The position numbers and the translations under genes are program-made. A stretch of 64,000 bases of DNA from the human T2T-CHM13v2.0 reference genome, Homo sapiens: the NCBI RefSeq assembly GCF_009914755.1, contig NC_060947.1; one strand, 5' to 3'. This document shows, piece by piece, positions 33,631 through 46,689 of the stretch (the first letter of the stretch is position 1; each line of letters opens with the position of its first letter). A model generated the notes under the pieces. That model was not told the origin of the DNA. It saw only the letters and a list, made by a program, of their open reading frames with translations, and did not search any database.

Positions 33631-35129
33631 GAAGAAAATGATAACAGTGCCTGCCTCACAGCCTTGTAGTGATGACTAAATCAGATAAAAGAGGCAAAGC
33701 ACACAGTACACACTCATTAAATGCTAGCTACGATTTTTTTTGTCCTTACTCCTTCCATTCATTCAGCAAATCCTTAGTGCCCAGGCATGACTCTGGGTGC
33801 CAAGAAAGTAACAGGAAGTCAGTGAATAAGAGCTTATCTGATCAACAAAGACAAAAGGATTTATTATTATCCCAAAGTCCCTGATTCAGGAAAGCTATTT
33901 CAGTTTGACTAAAAGTGAGCTATAAATGAATCCCATTAAGTTGTATTAATTAATGCCCTTTGTAACTTAGCACTCAATGCTTCAAGGCATGTTACGATAT
34001 TCGCTCCCTTTCATTTCTATGCACACCCCATTATGATGAATTACATATGGCATGTCCACCAAGACAGCTTTACAGAACCCATACATTATGAAAGCAAAGT
34101 TGCTTTAGCTTGCTTTTGCATGGAGATGCATCTGTATCTTTTGCCAAGAATTAAGCATTTTAGTTCAGTATACTAGAACAATTTTCTCTAAAAGTCAACA
34201 CTCACCATGAGAGGTAGATATTCCTTATTTTACAGAGACGTTCTTTAACCTCTAGGGGCTTGGTGCTGTAATCACAAATTCCTTTTCCTTCCTCCTTTTG
34301 CCGCCCTCCATTTCAGTAAAATTGGTCTCAATTACTATGACCACAAATTCTCACACCCTAATGTTTCTGTACTCAACTACGGGGCCTTGCCCTTTCCTCC
34401 TCCTCCTCCTCCATGTTCACATTTTACGAGGCACATTCTCAGTCAGCCCTCCTTTTGTGCTAATTTCTGAGGCCATTACAGAGGCCATATTCCACTCCTT
34501 CGGCAATTCTTAGATCTCAAACAAATACCAGCCAGACCCCATCACTGGAAAGGCAAGCTACGGACCTCCAAAAAGAGTCTGCCTATGGAGTAAGCTGTTT
34601 GTGCGTAATTCACAACAAACTGAGGGGCTATCAGTTTCTGTTGTACTTCATGCCTCTGTCTTGATTCAAAGAAGCTTAAATCAATGGTGTGTGTTTTGAT
34701 CTCGTGCTAATTATGCAGATGTGTTTAGTTTGTAAAAATTCAACAGCCGTACCCTCATGCGCATTTTATGTATGTCTATTATATTGCCATAAAAATTCTT
34801 TTTAATAGCTTACACCATGTAAACCTCTATATAAACTAAGCATAGTTTACACCTCACCTACACTAATGTCCCTCAAACTGTTTTCAAATGGACTGCCACC
34901 AATCGGTGGGCCACGTAATCAGTTTAGAAGGTCCTGACAAGCATCTGTTGAATGGAATGGAGAATACAAGAGGGCATCACACACAGTGAAGGCAGCTACT
35001 GTTTCAGGAAACTTACCTCAGTTACATGGGATGTGTACCGTAGACCAGGTTGCCAGATGTTTTTTTAACTGCAGAACTTGGTTGATATAGCCCTGGGAGA
35101 CACTGAGTACATCAACAAATAAAAGATGA

Positions 35130-35320
35130 ATTTGGGAGTCAGACAAGCCTGGTTTCTGATCTTGGCTGGTTGCAACCTATGTGCTTAGGAACAAGTCACC
35201 TAACCTCAGTGAGCCTCCATTTTGCTATCTCTAAAATGGTGGTAAAAACTGTCAACTCCCTGGAATTGGTGTAAGGTGTCAGTGAGCTGGCAAACAGTCT
35301 GCCACAGAGTGCTACTTAGA
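35130..35320 (+). mobile_element. MIR
   Basis: ggagtcagacaagcctgg...caagtcacctaacctcagtgagcctc...taaaatgg. Confidence 0.7.
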
Positions 35321-35894
35321 CATGGTCCCTACCCCCACTGCCATTTAGGTGGTGCCTTGGGCTAGCTTCTTTACCTGTAGGAAGGAAGTTTCAAGGAAAT
35401 ATACAAAGAAAGGAAGTGCCAAGGTCGAGACCTCACTAACATCTGAGAGCATCAGGGCAGGGGAAAGCTATTATCCCAGCACATTTGGTGGTAAGTCATC
35501 TGGCTTTGTATTCCAACCAGAGGGAAAACCACTTTCCAAGATAATGGGGTTTTTCACATTATTCTTGGCAGGAGGTGGAGAAAGGCAGAAAGGGAAGAAG
35601 GTCTCAGTAAAGAAATAAAGCATTTATTTTAAGCAAATCACGTTGAAGACAGGTGGTTTTCATTTTGAGAACAAAAATGATGCTTAAAACAGAGGGTTAT
35701 CCCAGACACCAGCCAGGGGCTGGCCAAGACAGAGAAATAGTGCCCTGGGGTCTGAAATGCTCCCAAAGTGCCAGAGCAGTGATGGATGCAGATGGGGAGG
35801 GGGCCAGCCACATAAAACATGGGACTGGCTCTATCAGCTTGCAGTCACAAACTACTTAAAAGTAATTCACCGTGTTAATTATCCAAAGCAACTA

Positions 35895-36420
35895 TTCATT
35901 CAACAAATATCTGTTGAGCATTTACTATGCATCTAGAATTGAGTTAAGAGCTGGGGATATGGTAGGGATAAGACAGACAAGGCCCCTGCCCTCATGGAGC
36001 TAAAATTCTGGTGGGAGAGACATCAAATACCAAGTCCATCAATGAGTTAACAAAATATTTACAGGCTGTGATATAAGGACTGCAAAGGAAATAAATGTGG
36101 TGATGTGATGGGAATGGAGAAAGGAAACTCAAGATGGAGGCTGGCCCTTGAGACAAGATGGCCCTGGAGGGCTGCTCAGAGTGGTACCTGAAAGAAGAGA
36201 AAGGGCCAGCCAAGCAAGGAGCCAAAAAGAAAAAAAGGGGCATTCCCAGCAGTGAGAATTGCAAGTGACCAGACGCAGAGACAGTGCTGGGACAGGCGAG
36301 AACTCAATATGGCAGAAGGCAGTGGCCGAGTGGGAAGATGACCCCGATGAGGCTGAAAAGGTAGGCAAAGCCAGACCATACGAGGCCCAGTAGACCATAG
36401 AAAAGAAAGTGGATTTCAAT
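35895..36420 (-). mobile_element. L2 3' fragment
   Basis: attcattcaacaaatatctgttgagcatttactatg...cctgccctcatggagct. Confidence 0.8.
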
Positions 36421-36787
36421 GAAAAGCAAAAGAAAAGTACCGAAGGTTGGCACTCTGATATATTACTTTGATGTTGGTTAAGAGGTGCTCTTAAATCATC
36501 ATACGCAAAACAAACTGTCCTGATGATTTATACAATGTCTCTCCGTAATCAGTGATAAAAGTTAGCACTGTGTCAGAGATCACTGATACACGATTATTGA
36601 GGAGTCTTGCCAGTCAAAGACAAACAACTTGAGCCTATGGATGAGATGAAATATGAGGAATTCAATGGGGGAAAGGGGTGAGAGAACTTGTGACTGGCAA
36701 GGGAACACTATCATCGGTAATTAACTCACAGCAAATATAAAGCACATAGTACAGTTAATTAACAAAGCAGGCTCTAGAAAGTGCCCT

Positions 36788-36789
<2 letters not shown>

Positions 36790-36823
<34 letters not shown>
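36790..36823. repeat. (CA)n microsatellite
   Basis: Seen directly. Confidence 0.95.
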
Positions 36824-36825
<2 letters not shown>

Positions 36826-36977
36826 AAGGCAACTGGGGCTTGACCGACGTGCATGGTGGCTGCCTAAATTCATAAACACATTAAATGAAACAACACAATG
36901 GAAAAGTACCATGACGGTGTCCTACATGTACTTCTGAATCAGAATTCAGATGACTGCTCGGCAGTTTTCAATCAAGG

Positions 36978-37418
<441 letters not shown>

Positions 37419-37779
37419 TAACTTGGGTCCTCAGTTCCCATCATCTTTAACTTAAACGTTAGCTATGAGACATAACCATGACTCACTCATACCCTTTCCC
37501 CAGGACCTTGTTTTGGGAGGCGGGTCACCTGGCCATGACTAAAAGGGCAACCTGGGGCTACATACTTAAGCAAGGCCAACTGGCCAACCCCAAGATCAAA
37601 CCTATGACACTGACCATGAGAACTTGGTGGCCACAAAAGATGGCCTGAAACAAGCCAGGACAGCAACACTGGTGGCATCTCACAGAGCCCAGCACACTGC
37701 TTGCATTTATGGCATAGAGTGCCATGGAAAAGGAGAAGGATGGCAACCAAGCACCAGGTGCCTTCACATTCATTACTTT

Positions 37780-37950
37780 AAACAATCCAGTAGTCCTGCG
37801 AGGTGGTAGGATGCAGATTTTCAGATGAGAAAAGTAAGACTTGGAGAGATCTTGGTTAGCAGCCCATGGCTGCACAGTTAGCTGAGTGGGGAACTGAACC
37901 TCTCCCGACACCTCAGTTGGCATCTGGCAACAGGACAGTGCTCTTGACAG
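37780..37950 (-). mobile_element. MIR
   Basis: ttttcagatgagaaaagtaagacttggagag...cacagttagctgagtgggga. Confidence 0.55.
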
Positions 37951-38532
37951 ACCCCAAGCTGACTTTCTCTCCTGTCTCCCATCTCATTCTTACCCCCACC
38001 CCCTTTATTTCTTCACACTACAGGAAAGCTAAATTCCACACCTGGCTTCCCCCCTAGATTCCCAGATCTGCCAGCTGCATCAGAAATGTTACCTGCTCCC
38101 AACCCCTGAGAGGGGTACCTCACTGCAGAAATGGATGCCTGCAGGGGGTTTGGTTGAATGCAGCTATCTGTGTGCCGTGTCCCCTGGAGAAAACTCACCT
38201 GGCTGTCGATAGTGATCAGAGAGGGAAAGAGCCACCAAACCAGATGACAGAGCTATTCAAAATCTTTATAAATGCCACTACAAAAGGAACTCAGCCAAAG
38301 AATCCACTTCTATCACAGACAAGGGCTTAGTGAAAGAAATACCCTTCGGCTATAAACCAGAAAACTGAGACCTGGGGCCAAGTGGAAAACAGTGTTGGTC
38401 ACCATCTTGGAAGGACTGGCCTGAGACCAAATTCCCCATCATGCCTCCCTCCTGGCCTACAAAGTAGTCGGGCAACAGGCTACAAAAGATGCAGACATCG
38501 CAACAATCAAAACAGATGTATGGCCTACTTAC

Positions 38533-38583
38533 AATCTCAGACAAGTCTGCGGCACTTGGGGCTTTGGCTGCTGAAACCTCCAT
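38533..38583 (-). CDS. SH3KBP1: Coding part of the alternative first exon of SH3KBP1/CIN85 isoform b, MEVSAAKAPSAADLSEI
   Basis: ATG in strong Kozak context (agaATGG), 17 codons, then phase-0 donor ATT|GTAAGT (38532-38527). The peptide matches the remembered isoform-b N-terminus that joins EIKKEMKK... of the next exon. Confidence 0.9.
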
Positions 38584-39100
38584 TCTGTGAAGTATGAAAT
38601 GGTAATTTCTGGCTGTGTCTGAACTCTGGGCAGGAATAAGTTCCGTGCTCTCCGAGAACTGCAAGTCTCTCTGATTCACTTGGCAGCAAAATTATTCTAA
38701 GCATCCTGTCCCGTACCCAACCCGCCTGCCCCTCCCACTACACACTCACACTGGTGGTTTTTTTGTAATTCTTTGCACTTATTTCTGTCGCAAATCAAGT
38801 GAAAAGTAATCCAATCTCTGGCACTTGAGAGTGTGGAACCTGTATGACTGAGGAGGAGGAAGAGCCACCTAATTAGGAAGAAGTTATAATTAACATCAGA
38901 GAGGAGAGAGCTGGAGAACCGCAGAGTCTGCAGTAACAGCAAAATGGAGATTATTTGAGACAGCTGAAACACTCCACCCAGGCCTCCAGAAGAGGACATG
39001 CACGGGAAACAAAGGGCATATGGTGTTTGCTTTCTTCAACATCCGTTCTCACCATTACGAGCTGCACCAGCAAACGTTCATTACTTACATGTGGACAAAC
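38584..39100 (-). promoter_or_regulatory. SH3KBP1: 5'UTR and putative internal promoter of SH3KBP1 isoform b
   Basis: Repeat-free sequence upstream of the ATG, with GC box CCCGCC (38721-38726), IRF-like AAGTGAAAAGT (38797-38807), CCAAT (38811-38815) and AGGAAG ETS-like cores. The TSS cannot be placed from sequence. Confidence 0.55.
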
Positions 39101-39899
39101 CTCGCCCTGAAATGCACTCTAAAATACAGCTCCTAATCAAATAAATGACTTCGCAAAGCAGAGGCTTACCTTGATTTTTTATTACATATAAGTAATAAAG
39201 TAAAATTTAATAAAGTCCAAATAACTGGCAGAATGTCTATTTGGCTCAGTGAAGCATGAATTATACTTGAAAGTCCATTTTTGTTAATTTCAGGTTCATA
39301 CAGTAATTCAAATACTGACATAGTCAGAGCAGGATTTTATTTTTTCCCCAAGGAGAGATTCCAAGGGACTAAGTTAATAACTAGATAGGAATGATTTTCT
39401 ACTATTTACTTCTAGTCGTATATTTAGATATTTCTATCCTAAAGCAAACAGGTTTTTCGAATGTTACTCAAATCATTTATTTCCCACATATGTTAGTGTT
39501 ACCACCATCACCAATATTACCCTCACTATAAAACTGTTCAAAGGTAAACTTCAGCGAACTTCTTGACCAAATTATCAGAACCTCCTGAATTAGTGAGATC
39601 TGAATTGATACTTTTCAGAGATGTAAAGTTAGGGTCAGCTTCAAAAATACTCACATATTATTACTCTCAAGCCTATTGAGATCAACGATCAAATCCGCTG
39701 TCACTCAGCCAGGATGAACTGGGATTGGTCTGCCTTCCCCCAGATAACAAGTTCAAAATCAGAGGATCACCTTGCTTGCATTTAACATAAAAAAGGCCCC
39801 CAAGTGAAAGGAAACAAACAATCCAATGCAGTTGGTCAGGAACCCTCAGTGAGCACTGCTGGTTGCCTACCCAGTAGAGCTGGCTCCCTTCCTCCTTCC

Positions 39900-40345
39900 C
39901 CAGCAGAGCCCACTCCTGGTCACAGGTGCCATCCATTCCCCCATGGAGCCCATTTCCAGCTCTAGGAAGGACAGCCTAATTAATTCTAAGCCAATCATTG
40001 CTTCAGGGTGGGCAGGGGGAACAAAGCTCACCCAATCAGACTGCAAGAAATAACTCCTCCTACATACGGGCTGTGAGCAAGGAAGCAAAGGGCCCCACTG
40101 CAGATGGACACCATTCTACAACCATCTGATGACCACAGGGAAGCCAGCCCTTGGGTGAAGCTACTGCCAGAACAACACGGTGGGGGAAGAGACAGCAAGA
40201 ACACAGGTTTCTGATGTCACACTGAGCAGCTGATCACACTGCCCCTGGGGTCCACCCTACCTCTAGCCTCCCAATTATGCAAAATAACAAATGTCTGTGT
40301 TTAAGGCAGTCCCAGACAGGTTTCTGTTCCATGCAATCTCAAGTG
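39900..40345 (+). mobile_element. Old MaLR LTR (MLT1J/K-like)
   Basis: taagccaatca...cccaatcagact...tgtttaaggcagt...tttctgttccatgcaa. Confidence 0.55.
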
Positions 40346-40474
40346 TGCTGGGAGGAACAGGCTAAGCAGTAACTAACCGGGTAGCCAAGAGTAAGAGTTT
40401 ATAATTTGGGAGACTCCTTAAAGTAAATAATACATTTGCAGAAAACATTCTCCTTAAAGAAAAAGGAGAAATTA

Positions 40475-40675
40475 CAAAGGTGAGTGGTTGCCTAGGGCTG
40501 AGCGTGGAAATGGAGAGTGACTGCAAATGGGCACAGGTTTCTTTTGGGGGTGATGGAAATGTTCAAGAATTAGATTGTGAAGATGGTCACACAACTCTGT
40601 AAATATATTAAAAAGCACTGACTGGGATACTCATTAGGTCAATATCATGGCATGTAAATTAGACCTCAAAGCTGT
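40475..40675 (+). mobile_element. L1MB/ME 3' end
   Basis: gtggttgcctagggctg...gtgactgcaaatgggcacagg...ggtgatggaaatgttc. Confidence 0.75.
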
Positions 40676-40692
40676 TTCTAAAACCTTGCCTG

Positions 40693-40976
40693 GGCCAGGT
40701 GCAGTGTCTCACGCCTGTAATTCTAACACTTTGGGAGGCTGAGGTGGGCGGATCCCTTGAGGTCAGGAGTTTGAAACCAGCCTGGCCAACATGGAGAAAC
40801 CCTGTCTCTACTAAGAATACAGAAAAATTAGCTGGGCATGATGGCAGGTGCCTGTAATCCCAGCTACTTGGGAGACTGAGACAGAAGGATCACTTGAACC
40901 CAGGAGGCAGAGGTTGCAGTGATCCAAGATCACACCACTGCACTCCAGCCTGAGCGACAGAGCAAGGCTCTGTCTC
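40693..40976 (+). mobile_element. Alu (AluS) whose tail is G-rich instead of A-rich
   Basis: Ends tgtctc then ggggagggg. Confidence 0.95.
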
Positions 40977-41009
40977 GGGGAGGGGTGGCCAGTGGGGAAC
41001 ATGCCTGGA

Positions 41010-41316
<307 letters not shown>

Positions 41317-41349
41317 TCATTCAGGAGAGGTCACAGATTGAAGGAACTT

Positions 41350-41780
41350 TCCTCCATCCACATGTGACGGTGCGGCATACCCCTGCTTAGAATCCTGCCT
41401 CAGTGGTTCCCAATTACCCCAAAAGTCCAAGTTCCTTTCAAGGGCGTGCAAGATCCCTCTCACCTTCTGGCCTTGCTTCCCATTTTACTCTGGCAAGGCT
41501 TATTTCTAGGTACTCATCAAGCTGTAGGCCTCTGTTCACACTCACACTATACCCTCATTCTCACTCGCTCTGGGCTCTGGCCCGTCCTCTTCACCTGATC
41601 AAATTCCTTCCTCTTCTGCCCCAGGCTCTTAGGTCCCCCTCCCTTTGTGCTCCCTTAGCGTACTGGGCACGCACCACAACGGGTTGGAAAAGTGTGCTTC
41701 CAGGTCAGTCTCTCCCCTCATGCTCTCCCCCGGGGCCCAGAACAGCTCTCAAGACATAGCAGACACTCAACAGATGCCCA
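41350..41780 (+). mobile_element. L2 fragment
   Basis: Pyrimidine-rich degenerate L2 ending acatagcagacactcaacagatg. Confidence 0.55.
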
Positions 41781-42153
41781 CTGGACTGGGCTAATCTTTC
41801 TCTTTCGGGAAGGGCACCAATCTCTCCCACAGGGCACTGTGTCATTGAGGTTGGGGGCGTGAGAGCCAGAGGCAGGTTCCAGGAGTCCTTGCTCTCATCC
41901 ACACCCACCTTCCTCCAGCGACTTCAGACTCAGTACAGGACACAGGGGGCAGCTTGCACTGGCAGCTTCCACAACGTGCAGGAAATCCCTTATCCAGATC
42001 ACACTTAGCGCTCTGCTTCTCGGCTCCAACCCTCCCTGACACAGAAGTTCATGGTGACAATGCACAACATCTCTCACCGTAGAAGCTTCAGAAAAGGAAG
42101 ACAGGGAATGTCCAACTTTTTTTATTTTTCTGATTGTGAGGTTTCCCTTATTT

Positions 42154-42408
42154 ATTTTAGAGACATTGTCTCACTATGTTGTCCAGGCTGGTCTCTAACT
42201 CCTGGGCTCAGGCAATCCTCCCACACCCCAGCCTCCCAAGTGCCAAGCCAGGCACACACCACCATGCCTGGCTAATTTTTAAATTTAGTGTAGAGACAAG
42301 GTCTCGCTATGTTGGCCAGGTTGGTCTCAAACCCCTGGTCTCAAGTGATCCTCCTGCCTTGACCTCCCAAAGCACTGGAATTACAGGCATAGGCCACCAC
42401 ACCCAGCC
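42154..42408 (-). mobile_element. Alu-like dimer of two left-type monomers
   Basis: Both arms read (g/t)tggtctc..ac(t/c)cctgg with no right-arm insertion; TSD ccttattt. Confidence 0.85.
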
Positions 42409-42789
42409 CCTTATTTTTTTAATCCTTAGATAATGTAAGGAGTTAAGAAAAGTCACACACGCAACACTGGGAAACACTTGGTTTTAAAGAAAGACTCCAA
42501 GTTAAAAGAGAGACACAATAGCTTGAGGAGGGCGAAAGCTAAGTCTCTACCTGGTGTCTTATCTTCCTGCTTGACCTCAGGGGAAAAGATTAATAGTAAG
42601 ATTTACGAAATGTTAAGAAGACACTTGCTGGGGTGTCTCAGTTATCAAAAAAAATAAAATAAAATAAAATCATACCGTGAAAGTGGCAAAACTCCATGGT
42701 GGTATCTGCTTTATCACAACAAAGACATCCCCTGGCCCTTCTTTCTAACCTGTCCTGGCTCCCCACACACTGCTAGAAATGAAACCCCA

Positions 42790-43135
<346 letters not shown>

Positions 43136-43549
43136 TTAAATATTCACGATGGTAATTGCAACTCCTACCTCATAATCATGACTTCTCTTTTCCATATTTG
43201 GGCCCCGGCTTCCCTGGAGGCACTCCAGGGGCCTTCACAGACATTATCTAATGCTAGGCAGGTCAGCAAGCTAACCATTAAGTACTCTTTTTTTCCTCCA
43301 CTCTCTCTGATCTAAGCCAGTTTGGACATACTCATAAAGAACTAGTGAGTTCCCTTCCAAGATGGGTGGCTGCTAAGATAGCTCATGTAGTTTTGGAGTG
43401 GAAGCCCTTAGGATGTCAAAAAGCTTAACTTTAAACATCTCAATCTGATTCCAACAGTGAAGTTTTCAAAGCTGTCATTACTCCCCCATCCCCAATAAAC
43501 AAAGCTGGCAGATGTATTATCAAATGATTTCTATAGCTTTTTTTTTTTT

Positions 43550-43870
43550 CCCCAAATACCTGCTGGTTTCACCCCTGCAGAGATCTGATTCAATAGGTCT
43601 GGTGTGGCTGTGAGAAACTGTGTTGTTTAAACTCCCCCAGGTGATCCACACAGCCAGAAGATAGAGAGCTAGGTCTAAAGTGTCAGAAATTATTGCTACT
43701 AAAAGGAGGATCGACTGGGAGCTTCTTAGAACTGCAGAATCTCAGCTTCCCCAAACCTACCCGCCCCCAGCCCAAACCCTACCCCCCCCCCCCCACCCGC
43801 TGCCATCACAATCTGCCTTTTAACAAGATCCTAGGAAGAAGGGCACATCTGAGTTTAGGCAGCCTAAGGC
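43550..43870. mobile_element. Two MER5-family fragments, the second with a C-run expansion
   Basis: gatctgattcaataggtctgg...aaactcccccaggtgat; gggagcttcttagaactgcagaatctcag...tttaacaagatcc. Confidence 0.65.
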
Positions 43871-45072
43871 TACACTGTCGTCTGGCCTCAGAATCTTCTA
43901 GGGTTTTTGTTTTTTGTTTGTTTCCCCTTTACAAATGGGAGGGCACAATCAAAATTCACATTCCAGTTTTTTCCAGGATCTTTATTGATGAACAACAGAG
44001 TCAAATCCTGCTCTCACCCTCACCATCCTCCTAGAAAACATGACTAGTCAGATTAAATGTAAAGGGAGTCAAAAATGAGACAAAGCCTGTTTTTTAAATT
44101 AAAGCAATACATTGTTCCATTTGTGCTGGCAGCATCGGCACTTGCATTACTGCGCATGTTTAAAGCTGCCAGTCGAAATCAGCTCTAGATAGTCAAAGCA
44201 GCAGAACCTGCAAAATCTTTTAGCGTTAAAGGGCTTTATGTGGAACCAAAGCATTCCACGGTAAATAATTTGTGGAGCTAATGAGAACTACTAATTGCAT
44301 CCATTCTTAAAAATCAACATACTTGAAACTTTTTAAAGATTCATGTGCTTATTTCCCTTGTTCAAATAACATCATAAGGCATCCACAGGAAGTTGTGGTT
44401 TCAATTAAGACATGGCTGCATATTAAAAAAAAAAAAAAAAAAACACCTCACAGTACCCTATCACAGAGCTCAGCCAAGACTCCCAGAAGTTCTCCGAACC
44501 TGACAGATTTGGGTGCCCCTCATGCTAATTACCGTCTGGTTTGAGGTTTGTGAACATAGCCAAGGCCACCCAGACAATGCTATACCATAGTACAATTAGG
44601 GGTGAGAGAACACAGACTCTGGAGTTAAGCCACCCACCAGCCCACGTCGAGACCTGCCATTTACAATCTGTGCTCCCTTGGGCAACTTACTTAATGTCTC
44701 TGGTCCCTGGGAAGTGCTATATAAAAATTTGCTGTTTGCTGTTTTCCTCATCTAACATGCAGTCCCATGAATGGTACAGATAAAGGAACTATGCACACAG
44801 TGGGTGCTCAGTTATTGCTAATGGTTGAAGAACTCTCCATTCACCTGGTATTTCCCTCAATGAATATATCATTACCAAATACCAGCAACCTTTTGGTGTA
44901 TCAAGAAAGGTACTCTTGGGAAGGTGTTTTTCTTCCCCTAATGGTGAAAAACAAAAACCAATGGATACAAGCATCTTCTTAATCCAATGTAACAGTCTCC
45001 CTCTCCAGTCATGTACTTAATATGGTTCATTTATTTTATGTCTCATATCTTCTCAAAAAATAAACACTACTA

Positions 45073-45450
<378 letters not shown>

Positions 45451-46689
45451 TTAACAGTTATTGAGATCACAAAAAGTGATTTCCAGAATGTTCCAGGTAG
45501 GGAAGTGTCAGACAACATTGCCCTCACGGTATTAATACTATACAATAACACTGTATAGTATTCTGCTGTGTAGTAAGACACAGCAGAAATTGGGACGTTG
45601 CAACTATTTACCCATTTTCATCTATTTTAAGCACTCATGACAAATGAACAAGTGATAGATAGTTCAACATGCATTTACTAAATCCATTTCCTTAGGCAGT
45701 TTCAGCAGCCAATGTTTTCACATAAACTTAGTACGTGAATTTTACAACTATGTTTGGTTTTCGGTTTTCTTTTTCATCAGAGGCTCCACTTTTAAGAATA
45801 CCTGTCCTTCTAATTAGTTCTCACAACACAATCCTGGGAAGTCAGGCTGCCAGAGTTCAAATAACTGGGTTGACCCTTAATAGATCTGCAATCTTCAAGT
45901 CAGGCAACCTCTCTGAGCTTCAGTTTTCCCATCTATAACATAGGAATAATCACTACTTGGGGCAAGGGATGGAGGGTAAGGAGTAGCTGAGTTAATACAA
46001 AGAACAATACAGTTGCACTGGATAAATGATGCAGTATCTACTCACAATTGCAAATTCACATTCCTTTTCACCCTGTACCAGGTCCTGAAGTGGTTACAAA
46101 CAAGATCTAACAGATTCTCCTTGTCCCTCAAAATGGAGGAAGACAGGTAATTCTTACACATGTTTAAAGAAAACTCACCCACCACTTTATCCCTAGAGGT
46201 TGGCCATGACAGCAACACAATTGTAAAGCTTGCTGTAATCAGCACCATGCCCATAGCGTTTTTACCTTCCAAGGCAACAGTGCAGACCGAGGGAGGATCC
46301 AACCTTGTTCACGCCTCTGGGCAATTATGCTTCTTGTTCTCTGCTTGGATGGCTCTTAGCAATGGCAGGAGCCTCTTCCTCATCATTCACGTGTGGGCTC
46401 CAACTTCTCCTCACCTGAAACAGCCCACACACTCCACCAGCCACTCTAGCCACTCTAGCCTTTTCCTCTCCTGTGTTTCTTCATGGCTGCATGTTTCACT
46501 ATCTATAATTATCTTTTCACTTGTCTGTGGTTAAGCTCTCTGTACTCTGTTGGAGTGTAAGCTCTCTAAAAGCTCAGACCTTGTTAAGCTCATTCTGAAA
46601 TGGCTCCTAAAATGGCACCTGTCACAGAAAGGGCACTCAGTGGACAGAGCTAGGTAAGATACATGTGTGTTTTGATCGTTGCAGCAGCT

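Noticed and set aside
35011-35019. Consensus donor GAG|GTAAGT on the minus strand
   Set aside because: No good upstream acceptor or reading frame; such matches occur by chance in 64 kb.
38350-38679. 109-aa ORF taken as a complete protein
   Set aside because: Only 38533-38583 is supported as coding. The rest is 5'UTR (GTG start) and intron read-through.
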